The notes under the pieces: generated by a model
What the model was told of the DNA's origin: nothing
Database searches by the model: none
The model's input: only the letters and a program-made list of their open reading frames with translations
Source: an uncultured bacterium
Lineage (GTDB): Bacteria > Zixibacteria > MSB-5A5 > CAIYYT01
DNA length: 64,000 bases
Direction: 5' to 3'
NCBI GenBank assembly: GCA_963726455.1
Contig: CAVSCK010000004.1
Location: 480,001 to 544,000 of the forward strand
Made by a program: the position numbers and the translations under genes
Shown: piece after piece, positions 54,613-64,000 of the stretch
Layout of the letters: the number at the start of each line of letters is the position of its first letter
Numbering within the stretch: the first letter of the stretch is position 1

Positions 54613-54739
54613 CCGGTAACCCACAGCTTGCCGTGGGAGCGCATCTGTCTACCACCGAAGACGCCAATCCACTTTTATTTGACACCTTTATCCTCCAATG
54701 ATTATTCTGCCGGGGGGAAACTTTAGAAAGGCAGGGAGA

Positions 54740-55081
54740 ATGCCTCCTGATGGAAATATAAGCAGCACCGCTCAGATACTTGAAGCGTCCCGGTCGGCCA
54801 TCGCGCTTATCGAGGGAAAATCTGCGGACGACCTGCGCAATGACAGCAACCTGACCCACGCTCTCGAGCAACAGATCGAAATCGTCGGCGAGGCCTCCAT
54901 GCGAACTTCGGCGGAATTTCGCGCTGCACATCCTGAGATCGACTGGCGGCAGATCAAACTTGCCGGCCGCAAGATCACGCACAGTCTGGCGCGCATGAAT
55001 GCGGATGACCTATTCAAATTCTGCGACACCGATTTGCGACGCATGATCCCGTTGCTGGAAAAGATACTGGATGTTGCTTGA
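54740..55081 (+). CDS. HepT-like/DUF86 (HEPN) protein, orphan and degenerate
   Basis: IEIVGEA, HPEIDWRQI; the expected RxxxxH reads GRKITH. Confidence 0.75.
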   Translation: MPPDGNISSTAQILEASRSAIALIEGKSADDLRNDSNLTHALEQQIEIVGEASMRTSAEFRAAHPEIDWRQIKLAGRKITHSLARMNADDLFKFCDTDLRRMIPLLEKILDVA

Positions 55082-55257
55082 TCACGGTGAGTAGTACAGT
55101 AGTTCGAAACCCCGTGCGGAAGCGCTTCCGACTTCGATAATAAACTAAATGGGGTTTCGACAATTGCGGTCTTTGTTGCTCCACACTTGAATCTTGACAC
55201 GCTTTCTCTGAACCACCACATTCACTTCTGCAACCATCAAAAACGGAGGATTCCCAA

Positions 55258-55668
55258 GTGAACATGCAACCTAACCTTCTGGCGACACTTGTAGGGGGAG
55301 CGATCTACTGGGTCATCGGCGGTCTGTGGTACGCCGCCATCCTGGGCAAACCATATCAAGCCGCTCTGAAATTCGGCGAGGAGGGCGCGCCGCAAGTCAA
55401 GAAATCAATGCCGCTGGCGCTGGTGTTGTTCCTCATTAGCGGCCTCTTGTCTGCCTATGTCATGGGTCATATCGTCATGTACACCGGCGCGGTTACGTTT
55501 GTGAATGGCATGCTGGTCGGCTTCTGGATTTGGGCCGGATTCGCAATTACAATCGTTGTGAACCTTCACGTGTTCGAACACCGACCGCAGCCGCTCTTAT
55601 GGATTAACAGTATTTTCTATATGGTGGCCCTGCCAATACTGGGTGGAATCATGGCGATCTGGAAGTAG
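55258..55668 (+). CDS. DUF1761-like membrane protein
   Basis: GGLWY..LGK, four TM segments, FE.RP..L.WIN. Confidence 0.8.
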   Translation: MNMQPNLLATLVGGAIYWVIGGLWYAAILGKPYQAALKFGEEGAPQVKKSMPLALVLFLISGLLSAYVMGHIVMYTGAVTFVNGMLVGFWIWAGFAITIVVNLHVFEHRPQPLLWINSIFYMVALPILGGIMAIWK

Positions 55669-55812
55669 ACATTAATCCTGTCGCGGTTTTGATATTCCTA
55701 AATTGCAGGTAAGACACACACTCATCTTTGCACGGCGCCACGGGTTCTGCCGCGTCGCCGGCAATTCTGCTCCTTGCTCGCCGATTCATTCCCGACTATC
55801 TTGCCGGAGCGT

Positions 55813-57706
55813 ATGAATCGAAGCAAACGTCACGACAACACAGTTTCGCCTTCTGCCGCCTCCCGACAGAGTATTTCCGACAAGCCCTGGTTATGGATAG
55901 CAATCGTCGCAGCCATAGCCACGCTCGTCCGGGTCATCTACTGGCTTGAATCCGGCGATGACCCTTTGCGCGGGCAGTTGCTGCTGGATGCCAAAGTCTA
56001 CGATCTGATGGCGACCGAAATTGCCCGGGAGACTTTCTGGGGAAGCGAGGTCTTCTTCCGCGCGCCGCTATTCCAATATATTCTAGCGTTCACCTATCAA
56101 CTGTTCGGCATCCAGCAGACCGCCATCACATTCCTGAATCTTCTGATGGGAGTAGCTGCCGCCGTTCTGACCTATCTCACTGCGCGAAACTATCTGCGCG
56201 AGAATTGGGCGCGCGATTGCTGGTATTGTCGCCGCCCTCTATCCGACCTTGTACTATTTCGAGCACGAAATCATGCCGACCGCGACGGAAGTGTTCACCT
56301 TCGCGTTGACTCTGTTTGTGTTTTCGCTTTATGATCGCTTCCGGAAACCAACATTCCTTCTGCTGGGTGGATTGTCGCTCGGCATTGCTGCGCTCGCGCG
56401 GCCGAACATCCTGTTGTTTGGCCTGACGCTGCCGATCTGGCTCTGGCTGCTGCACCGTGATGACGGTTGGAACACGATACTCCGCCGCCTCTCACCGATC
56501 GTTGTTGCTGCCACAGTTGTGATCTTACCTTGCACGGTACGAAACTACGTCGTCGGGCATGAATTCGTGCTTATCTCCGCGCAAGGCGGCGCCAATTTCT
56601 ACATGGGTAACAATGCCGACGCCGACGGACAAACTGCAAGTTTCCCGGCACAGTCCGGTGTCGTCAGCAAGTTCGGCGACCACATCTGGACCGACTCCAA
56701 GGCACTCGCGGAGCAGAGGACAGGCCGCAGCATGTCGCCGAGCGAGGTGTCATCGTACTGGTTCGGCGAGGGCCTCCGTTATGCCACCGGCCATCCGTTG
56801 AGCTGGTTGGAATTGTCTCTGAAAAAACTGTATCTGACCTTCTGCGGCGAGGAGTTGTTTAATAACGAGGATCCGCTATCCGGCCGCCGTTATGCGTTCG
56901 TGTATTCGCTGTTCATCTGGTCTTTCGGCCTGCGATTTCCCTATGGTCTGCTTGCGCCGTTGTGCGTCCTTGGAATCCTGACTGCTTTCCGCAAACAGCG
57001 CGCTCCGTGGCTTCCGATCTTGTTCGTCCTGTCGCAAGTTGCGTCGGTCGCATTGTTCTTTGTCTGCTCGCGTTATCGACAGCCGATGATTCCTGCCATG
57101 ATCATCCTTGCTGTCGTCGGCGTGAGCGAATTATGGGCAGCATTCAAGAGCGCGAAACGGAGACAGTTTGTCAAGCTCGTGTCTGCGGGTGTGATACTGG
57201 CGATCATTCTTAATCCACCGTTCACTGTCGCAAGCGCGTCTAACCGCTCCATGTATCACGTCCTCGTCGGCAGGGCGTTGATCAATGACAGCAAAAGTGA
57301 TCTTGCGATTTCGGAACTATCGTCTGCCGGTGAAATTGACAGCCGCAATAATCTTGCGTATCATTACCTCGGTATGGCCTATGCCAATACCGGGCACCTC
57401 GATCTCGCGCTGAACGCTCTCAAAAAGGCGGAAGCGCTGAATCCCAACTACGCGAAGACTCTTATGTTGCTCACGCGGGTATATTACGACCTGAAAGATT
57501 ACCGTGGCGCTTACAACTATCTCGAACGAACCCGTGCACTCGATTCAACTTCGGCATCAGGATACGTTCCTTTCTGGATTGGTGCGCGTTCGGCATTAGC
57601 AGTTGGAAATGTTAGCGTCGCAAGGGGGTACCTCGATCGGCTTCTGGCCCTCAACCCCAACGACCGTGACGCGAAAGCACTCTTGGATTCTTTGGGCTTG
57701 AAGTAG
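55813..57706 (+). CDS. PMT/ArnT-like (GT-C) membrane glycosyltransferase with TPRs (apparent frameshift near 56210)
   Basis: DAKVYD, FFRAPL, RPNILL, GGANFYMGNN, SRYRQP; TPR tail. Confidence 0.82.
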
Positions 57707-57779
57707 CTGCGTGGTTCATCTCTGCTTGAGTGCCGAAGAACTTGCTCGGTGACTCCTCAAATCTGCCGATATATAATAC

Positions 57780-58064
57780 ATGCTCGTTGTTCTCGGCACC
57801 ATCTGGCCAATGATAACGTTCCCGCTGGTACTTGTGGCGGCGATCGTTTCCCCCAAGCGCTATCGCTGGCGGGTACTCTTCATCACGCCGATAGTTCTGA
57901 TACTCCCCTGCATTCTCTTTGTCAATGCACTCACCGACAACAGTAATCTCTTGTTCGCTGTGATCATGGGATTTGCGATGCTTGGCTGGGCGGCCTACTA
58001 TTTGGTCCTCATCGTCGTCAGGTTGGCCACTCTGGTCCGAAGCGCCGGCGCCAGGCAGACTTAG
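57780..58064 (+). CDS. Small hypothetical membrane protein (start uncertain)
   Basis: Three hydrophobic segments. Confidence 0.45.
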   Translation: MLVVLGTIWPMITFPLVLVAAIVSPKRYRWRVLFITPIVLILPCILFVNALTDNSNLLFAVIMGFAMLGWAAYYLVLIVVRLATLVRSAGARQT

Positions 58065-58280
58065 AAGCATCCTGTTCGAATCTTCGACACCTCGCCGTGG
58101 CATTTCTCCCCGTCTCGTTCGCAACGTGGCATAATGCAACCATAAGCGTGGCTGATCAACTATTTCTGAACTGTTTGAATTGTTTTCCGCTCGACTCGTG
58201 TGAAGTGATTCATCGCCCACCGTATCATCAATGAGAAAAACGGAAACCAAAGGTAATTACATACCAAGGAGAGTCTAGAA

Positions 58281-58589
58281 ATGAGAGTCGTCGTCTTAGT
58301 CACGCGGGAGGGCTTCACCAAAAATATTTACGACCAACTGATGCGCGAGTTGAATGTCGAGGACAACCCGCCCAAGGGCATGGTCACGCATATTGCGACG
58401 TTCGACAACAAAGGGATTCGGGTCACCGATATCTGGGAAAGCGAACAGGATTTTCGCAATTTCTCGGAAAAGCGGTTGATGCCCGGGCTCAACAAGGTGG
58501 GATTCAGGGAGAAACCGACGATCGAGATCTATCCGCTGGCGCTGTATCTCACGGAAGAGAAACTACACAAGCACGCCGGAGTCCACTAG
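58281..58589 (+). CDS. Small hypothetical protein (dimeric alpha/beta barrel-like)
   Basis: AAGGAG RBS, PPKG..H, VTDIWES..DF..F; followed by a terminator. Confidence 0.75.
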   Translation: MRVVVLVTREGFTKNIYDQLMRELNVEDNPPKGMVTHIATFDNKGIRVTDIWESEQDFRNFSEKRLMPGLNKVGFREKPTIEIYPLALYLTEEKLHKHAGVH

Positions 58590-58616
58590 AAGCTGGACTG
58601 GCCAGGATTGTTCCAC

Positions 58617-58650
58617 GACCCCGACTGCCTACCGGCCGGGGTCTTTTTTT
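58617..58650 (+). terminator. Rho-independent terminator
   Basis: GACCCCG...CGGGGTC followed by T7. Confidence 0.8.
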
Positions 58651-58654
58651 GTTC

Positions 58655-58915
58655 GTGCGCGGCAGTCGTCCTCGCCCGACTCGCCAGATCCTGTGCGCGG
58701 CAGTCGTCCTCGCCTGCCGCGTCGTACCACAATCTCAATCTTGCCCTCGCCATCGCGAATTCATATCCCGTGCGCGGCAGTCGTCCTCGCCTGCCGCGTC
58801 GTACCACAATCTCAGTCTTGCCCTCACCGTCGCGAATTCATATCCCGTGCGCGGCAGTCGTCCTCGCCTGCCGCGTCGTGCCACAATCTCAATCTTGCCC
58901 TCGCCATCGCGAATT
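58655..58915 (+). repeat. Tandem repeat: three 77-bp units (58693, 58770, 58847) plus a partial head copy, each with a GCGGCAG...CTGCCGC palindrome
   Basis: Units are nearly identical over their full length. Confidence 0.9.
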
Positions 58916-58929
58916 AATATCTTCATCCC

Positions 58930-59442
58930 ATGTATATCCGCAAACTCACTCACGACGACATTTCTGCCTTCCGGGACATCCGTATCGAAATGTGTGAGCG
59001 GCATCCTGAGGCGTTCGGGCAGACCGCCGACGAAGTCAGCGCTATGCCGGCAGAGAAGGCCGTCGAGTGGATCGGTCCCTGCGACAAATTTCCGGAGCGA
59101 TTTGTACTGGCTGCTTTCGACAACGATCAGATTGTTGCCACCGTTGCCTTCATGCGCGAGGATGTTGCCAAGGAACGCCATCGCGGTTGGATTTGGTCGG
59201 TCTATGTTCGTCCTGAGGCGCGCGGCAAGGGAATCAGCAAACTTCTGATGCAGCAACTAATCAGTGAAGCCCGCAAGTGTGACGGCCTGGAAATGCTAAC
59301 GCTATCTGTCTCGCTGCCGCAGACTTCCGCCCGTACTCTGTACACGTCACTCGGCTTCTTCACGACCGGCCTGAATCTTCATGCGTACAAATTGCCTGAC
59401 GGCCGCTACATCGACCACGAACTAATGACCTTGTGGCTATAA
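58930..59442 (+). CDS. GNAT family N-acetyltransferase
   Basis: VYVRPEARGKG, ARTLYTSLGF. Confidence 0.92.
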   Translation: MYIRKLTHDDISAFRDIRIEMCERHPEAFGQTADEVSAMPAEKAVEWIGPCDKFPERFVLAAFDNDQIVATVAFMREDVAKERHRGWIWSVYVRPEARGKGISKLLMQQLISEARKCDGLEMLTLSVSLPQTSARTLYTSLGFFTTGLNLHAYKLPDGRYIDHELMTLWL

Positions 59443-59575
59443 CGCGTTACCGATTTCCACATCGCAAACCTCGACCGATCTAGACTCGTATCTGAATAAA
59501 AGCGATAGACAGCCGGGGGACCGACTGGTAGATTGTTTTTACGACAATAACCAAGTATCAAGGAGGAGTAACACT

Positions 59576-60148
59576 ATGAAACGATCAAGTTTCGTGCTGC
59601 TTGTGTGCGCGTTTCTATTCCTGGCGTTTCCGATTTTGGCGGAGGACGCAAAGACCGCCCAGCCGCAAGGAATGCCGTCCATGGGTCCGCCGGAAGAGAT
59701 GAAACAACTGGCCTACCTGATCGGCACCTGGGATTATACAATGAAAATGAAAATGAATCCTGCCGACACCATGTGGATGGATTCCAAGGGCACGGTCAAG
59801 TATGAGCAGGTTTATGGCGGCGCCGCTCTCCAGTCCACGACGCAGGATCAAGGGATGGGAATGCCTTTCACCGGCGGCGGCTTCGTCTGCTACGATCGTG
59901 AAACCAAGAAATGGCAGATGAGCTGGATTGACAATATGTCCGCGCGGCTCTCCCTCTACACCGGCACTCACACTGCCAACAGCACGGTGTTCACGGGTGA
60001 GGACGTTATGATGGGAAAGCCGGAGATGTCCCGCATGACTTCTTTCAACGAGACTCCGACCGCCTTCGAATGGAAAGGCGAGGTCTCCTATGACAACGGC
60101 AAAACCTGGATGACCTGGGGCACCGCCAAATACGCCAAACGCCAGTAA
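59576..60148 (+). CDS. Secreted DUF1579-like protein
   Basis: Signal peptide, L.GTW, YD...KKWQMSWIDNM; AAGGAGG RBS. Confidence 0.82.
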   Translation: MKRSSFVLLVCAFLFLAFPILAEDAKTAQPQGMPSMGPPEEMKQLAYLIGTWDYTMKMKMNPADTMWMDSKGTVKYEQVYGGAALQSTTQDQGMGMPFTGGGFVCYDRETKKWQMSWIDNMSARLSLYTGTHTANSTVFTGEDVMMGKPEMSRMTSFNETPTAFEWKGEVSYDNGKTWMTWGTAKYAKRQ

Positions 60149-60169
60149 CGCGCCCCTAAAGTTAGTTGA

Positions 60170-60534
60170 TCGAAACCCCGAATGTAGCGCGTGCGAAATG
60201 CATCTGCTGCATCCGGGGTTTCGACATTCTTTCCCCGCGCCGTCAGGAATCCTTTGCTGACGGAAACCTCTGAACCCAGTAGGTTGAACATTCCTGTTTG
60301 ACATTTCCTCGTCTGCCATTTGTTCCGCCCCAGAACGAGACAAGCAAGAATCCTTATCCTACTAACCTTCCCCTCGCCCTTCGGGAGAGGGGCCAGGGGT
60401 GAGGGAGCGCGCCTATCGACACATATCCCTTCTCCGCGCCGTCAGGAATCCTTTCCTGACGGGGTTCGACAGTCTTCCTCTTGATCGTTGTGTCAGGTCT
60501 TACCCCGCGACGAAGTCGGGGCGTGACCTGACAC
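60170..60534. repeat. Cluster of mixed palindromic (REP-like) elements
   Basis: CGAAACCCC..GGGGTTTCG (also near 55105-55160), two CCGTCAGGAATCCTTT.CTGACGG, and GTGTCAGGTC..GACCTGACAC. Confidence 0.7.
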
Positions 60535-61063
60535 CACCGAATCTCCTGTTTTCGTAGTGCCGAACACCAAAAATCTCGATGAGCCCTATAAGTAGAGGAC
60601 GTTGTCAGCGACCATGGCCTCGCGCGGGTTTCCCGTGTCGACAAGTGTGTCGGACTGATGCCGACTCAGCGCTGAGATGAACCGTGTGGATCGGATCGAC
60701 CGATCCAGTGGCCACCCGAGCCATCCCGTTATGGGACACGGCAATACCAAACGGCTTCGGGTTTTTCGCGATGCACGCGCTGGCGCAACGTATCGTGAGC
60801 GGCACATCTACAGGTGTGTCCGCGCAGGATGCGCCAAAGAACCGCGCTACTATAGCGCCGACAACCCTTAGCGTAGCGCTACGCGACCTTTTATTAAGTC
60901 GATCCGATGAGCAAATCGAGATCGAAAGAGGTTCGCGAATAGGGCAAGTATGTCGCTTGCCCTGATGGAAGAGTGTCTCTTGGTGGGGCGTTGGTGTGCT
61001 ATTGCTATTGCAGGTAACACAACGGGCGACCTCGCTCGGCCGCCCGTCATGTCAAAGGATGTA

Positions 61064-61723
61064 TTAGAATCTGCCGAAGCCAATGGCGAAGTTGATGGTC
61101 GCGCCTTCCAGATCGTGCTGGGTATAGCGCTGGCTGTGCAGATCGTTGACAAACCGATAGCCCGCTCCCAGACTGACGCGTACATAGCGCGACAAGTTCT
61201 GAGACAGATCAATCTGCGGTTCAAGGACGAAGAAGCTCTTATCGTGATGGTAGTCGTAGTAGTCGTAATAGGGGAGGTGTTCATTCACGGAACCACCGCC
61301 TATCAGCATGCCAAACGATATCTGTCCCGACCGTGGTTTGCCGGTGATTACCCCAAACTCGAGACCGCCATAACCGAAGTCCCAGCCGTTGCCATGGTCG
61401 TAGTAGTCGTTATAGGGATAGCCCATGTGTTGATGATAGCGGGTGTCGGGCAATCCGTAGCCGGCAAGTCCGACATAGAAACTGTTGTTAAACTCCAGAC
61501 CACCCCGGACCCCAACCATGGCCTTGAAGTCGTCTTTGATTTCGCCGACCTTAAGTACCGGCGCCACGTACCAGCCGATGCCTACTCTGGATTCCTGGGT
61601 CTGGTGCCGGCCACCTTCGCTGCCGCCGCCACCCGATGGCTTCTTGTGTCCGGGGGTCTTGACAACGGCAAAGGCATTCGCCGTCAGGCCGAGTATCGCG
61701 ACTAGTGTTATGAGCTTGCGCAT
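61064..61723 (-). CDS. Small outer-membrane beta-barrel protein
   Basis: Signal peptide, alternating beta strands, C-terminal Phe (GFGRF); GGAGG RBS. Confidence 0.8.
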   Translation of the reverse strand: MRKLITLVAILGLTANAFAVVKTPGHKKPSGGGGSEGGRHQTQESRVGIGWYVAPVLKVGEIKDDFKAMVGVRGGLEFNNSFYVGLAGYGLPDTRYHQHMGYPYNDYYDHGNGWDFGYGGLEFGVITGKPRSGQISFGMLIGGGSVNEHLPYYDYYDYHHDKSFFVLEPQIDLSQNLSRYVRVSLGAGYRFVNDLHSQRYTQHDLEGATINFAIGFGRF

Positions 61724-62728
61724 TCTATCCTCCTATCAAGGGAACCATTATTCATCACGTTCATGCTGATCACATAATCAAGAACCGTGCCCAAGTGGCT
61801 AACTCGCACTACACGTATGAGTTAAGCAATTGCCGGCGCGGTTGGACTGCACACAAATCAGGCGTTTCGACACTGCAGACGCTCGAAATCTACACGCCTT
61901 ATCAATCCTTAGAGCATTACGAACCGCAGACTCCAATTGCTCAATTTCAGTGAAAGGCATCCTCACCGGACGTCCGGAGCCATCCCGTGAAACGGATAAT
62001 TGACCGACAAGTTGCATTGGGTGAGTCACAACCGTCAATTGCGCTCCGTGTTGCTGTACACGCAATCGACACGCCAGGTTTTCGTTAACTTGCTTTCAGG
62101 GCGCGCCTCAGGAAGATCTTTGAATGTGCGACTTTAGGTCGATGTCCAATGTCTGGACAATCGTCCGGCGATTTTCGCGACGGTATCCTAATCGCCGAAG
62201 GTCAGTGCATTTTACGACCAGCATTTCACCCTTTATTGACGCGCCTCGGAAGCGATAAGCAAACTTGCATCGTTCCAAAGCAAACTCTGGCACTGAAGTT
62301 GCTTTAATGATTGCTGCAATCCGTGATGTAATCAAAGTTTGTTTGTGAGGTTAGTTTGAAGCAGAGTTGTTTCAACGTCACACGTTGCATCCAAGTATTT
62401 CCCACTGCAACCACTTATTCAAGGCCTGCGGCGAAGATTTGTTTTGGCTTTGGCTTGTTGGGGAGCGGCCTTGCGCTTCGTTCGCGACAGCGCGAGTGAC
62501 CAGACAGATACCATGAGGGGGAGGCGAAGAGCCCTGGCAGGATGCCGGGGCTTTTCGTACATATGTACCGAAACAAGCTCGGCATTGCGTACATAAGTCG
62601 GAGGGTGTGTTGGACGTGTCTGTTGAAAAATCAGACGCTCAGGTCAATAAAAGTATGTTGACATATAAGAGTTCATAGAGCATATTATCAACGGAGAAAC
62701 TATAACAGTGAGTGCAAGGTGACTGCTT

Positions 62729-63157
62729 ATGGCTCAAGTTTGTGAACGCTGTCGAACCAATCTCTATCTCCGTCACGCCTACATGTGGTATTCCCGATGC
62801 GTCTGCCATTCCTGCCTTAAAGACATGGAGGCGGGTAGAAAGTGGTTCGAGCATCCGTTTCGTCCTGCCCTCGCCAGCCCCCGAAAAATCCCTATTCTCG
62901 CGGGGCTGCTCGCGTTACTTTTCGGTCCTTTCGGCATGCTATATGTCGGTATGTTCTGGAAGCCGTTGGTCAGCGAAATCCTCTTTTACGCAGTCCTCAT
63001 CACGGCGCTGGTAACAACTCCGGAAGGCGAAGTCCTTTTGGTCAGTGTTGCCGGCATTCTTGGCATAGGTCATTCTTTTCTGTTACCGGGCTGGGCTATG
63101 CGCCGCGCCAAGGACATTAACGCCGGCGAATGCGAATCGCTCGACTGCGATTCGTGA
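62729..63157 (+). CDS. Hypothetical membrane protein with N-terminal CxxC...CxxC
   Basis: CERC, CHSC, LLFGPFGMLY. Confidence 0.6.
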   Translation: MAQVCERCRTNLYLRHAYMWYSRCVCHSCLKDMEAGRKWFEHPFRPALASPRKIPILAGLLALLFGPFGMLYVGMFWKPLVSEILFYAVLITALVTTPEGEVLLVSVAGILGIGHSFLLPGWAMRRAKDINAGECESLDCDS

Positions 63158-63167
63158 AATGACCTTC

Positions 63168-63776
63168 TTACGGCCGATTGTCTAAAGATTTCCACAGATA
63201 GAGAGACGCTACGGTGCGATAGGGGCGCCAGGGCTTGCTGACACGCTCAATTGAATTCGGAGTAAGTCTGATTCGGTAGAGTTGCGTCAGCGTCTTGCGA
63301 ATGCCCAGATCACGATCGGGAAAGACGTCAGGACGCGCCAGCACGAACATCAGATACATCTGCGCGCTCCACGGTCCCATGCCTTTGACCTGCGTAATTG
63401 CCGCGGCAACGTCGTCATCGCAACATTCGGCAAGCTTGGCGATCCGTAACTTGCGACTTTCGACATGCTCAACCAGCGAACGGAGCGCGTTGACTTTGGG
63501 GCGCGACACTCCGGCGGCGCGAAGCCGGGCATCGCTGCAGGCGCCGAGCGATTTTGCATTCATACGCCCGCCGACCGCAAGTTTGACTCTGCCAAATATG
63601 GTGTCGGCGGCCTTGCCGGACAGTTGCTGGCCGATGATGATGCGCGCCAGCATTTCGAAAGTATTCGGAAGTCTCGGCATCGGCAATATTCCATGCTTCT
63701 CAATCAGATCCTTCATAATGGGATCGACTTTCTTCAGGTGGCGCAACGCCTGTAGTACATCATGGGCGATCATCAT
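63168..63776 (-). CDS. DNA-3-methyladenine glycosylase (AlkA/HhH-GPD family)
   Basis: IIGQQLS, VKGMGPWSA, DVFP..DLG, WRPYR. Confidence 0.93.
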   Translation of the reverse strand: MMIAHDVLQALRHLKKVDPIMKDLIEKHGILPMPRLPNTFEMLARIIIGQQLSGKAADTIFGRVKLAVGGRMNAKSLGACSDARLRAAGVSRPKVNALRSLVEHVESRKLRIAKLAECCDDDVAAAITQVKGMGPWSAQMYLMFVLARPDVFPDRDLGIRKTLTQLYRIRLTPNSIERVSKPWRPYRTVASLYLWKSLDNRP

Positions 63777-64000
63777 TCGTGGCAAGATCGCGTTCACGCA
63801 CGATCCTGTCAAGCTGCGATTGATTGCCGGTTGTGCGTCGTTTTATTTGTTGACTCACGGTACGACAATCGCCAGATTTCCGCTAAACGCACAGATACGG
63901 AGGCAAGTTGGAGCAAATCACCAGGGCAGACATCGCTCGCTACAAAGAAAACTGGCTCAAGGAAACCGAGAGCGCCTCGCTCTACCGACTGCTGGCCGAC

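Noticed and set aside
52640-54660. Integron attC sites
   Set aside because: Only one site has an RYYYAAC-like box, it lacks a matching GTTRRRY, and no intI is present.
58655-58915. Possible CRISPR array
   Set aside because: The 'spacers' are near-identical to each other and no cas genes are present; it is a tandem repeat.
60950-61705. Long plus-strand ORF (251 aa) and similar antisense ORFs across the nuo operon
   Set aside because: They are shadow frames of clearly recognisable genes on the opposite strand.
61800-62700. ORF-poor 0.9 kb region as a hidden gene or ncRNA
   Set aside because: Only short, unconvincing ORFs, a terminator-like hairpin (about 62525-62558) and promoter-like motifs are visible; nothing could be supported.

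Overview
A bacterial chromosomal window that is mostly housekeeping. It is probably from a candidate-phylum Zixibacteria/FCB-group organism; this is inferred from the recurrent C-terminal dockerin-like 'GDANxDGxxDISDAVxLIxYIFxGGP' module. Many single-base indels in conserved genes suggest an error-prone long-read assembly. In order, the window holds: a propionyl-CoA/methylmalonyl-CoA cluster; a dockerin-tagged gluzincin split by one in-frame TAG; a complete nuoA-N complex I operon; oxidoreductases; purF; an ECF sigma/anti-sigma pair; a cupredoxin with five dockerin-like repeats; a sigma-54 regulator with two type IV pilins; HDOD and HAL genes; a lone tRNA-Ile; a dockerin-tagged M43 protease; a 16S-less tRNA-Ala-23S-5S unit with its own promoter; and a REP-rich accessory region. 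The top finding is a small CPYC glutaredoxin-like gene between nuoM and nuoN. It ends TGA-GGA-TTC-TAA followed by a SECIS-like hairpin, so it is a predicted C-terminal (UXX-stop) selenoprotein embedded in the complex I operon. The ORF track truncates it at the TGA.
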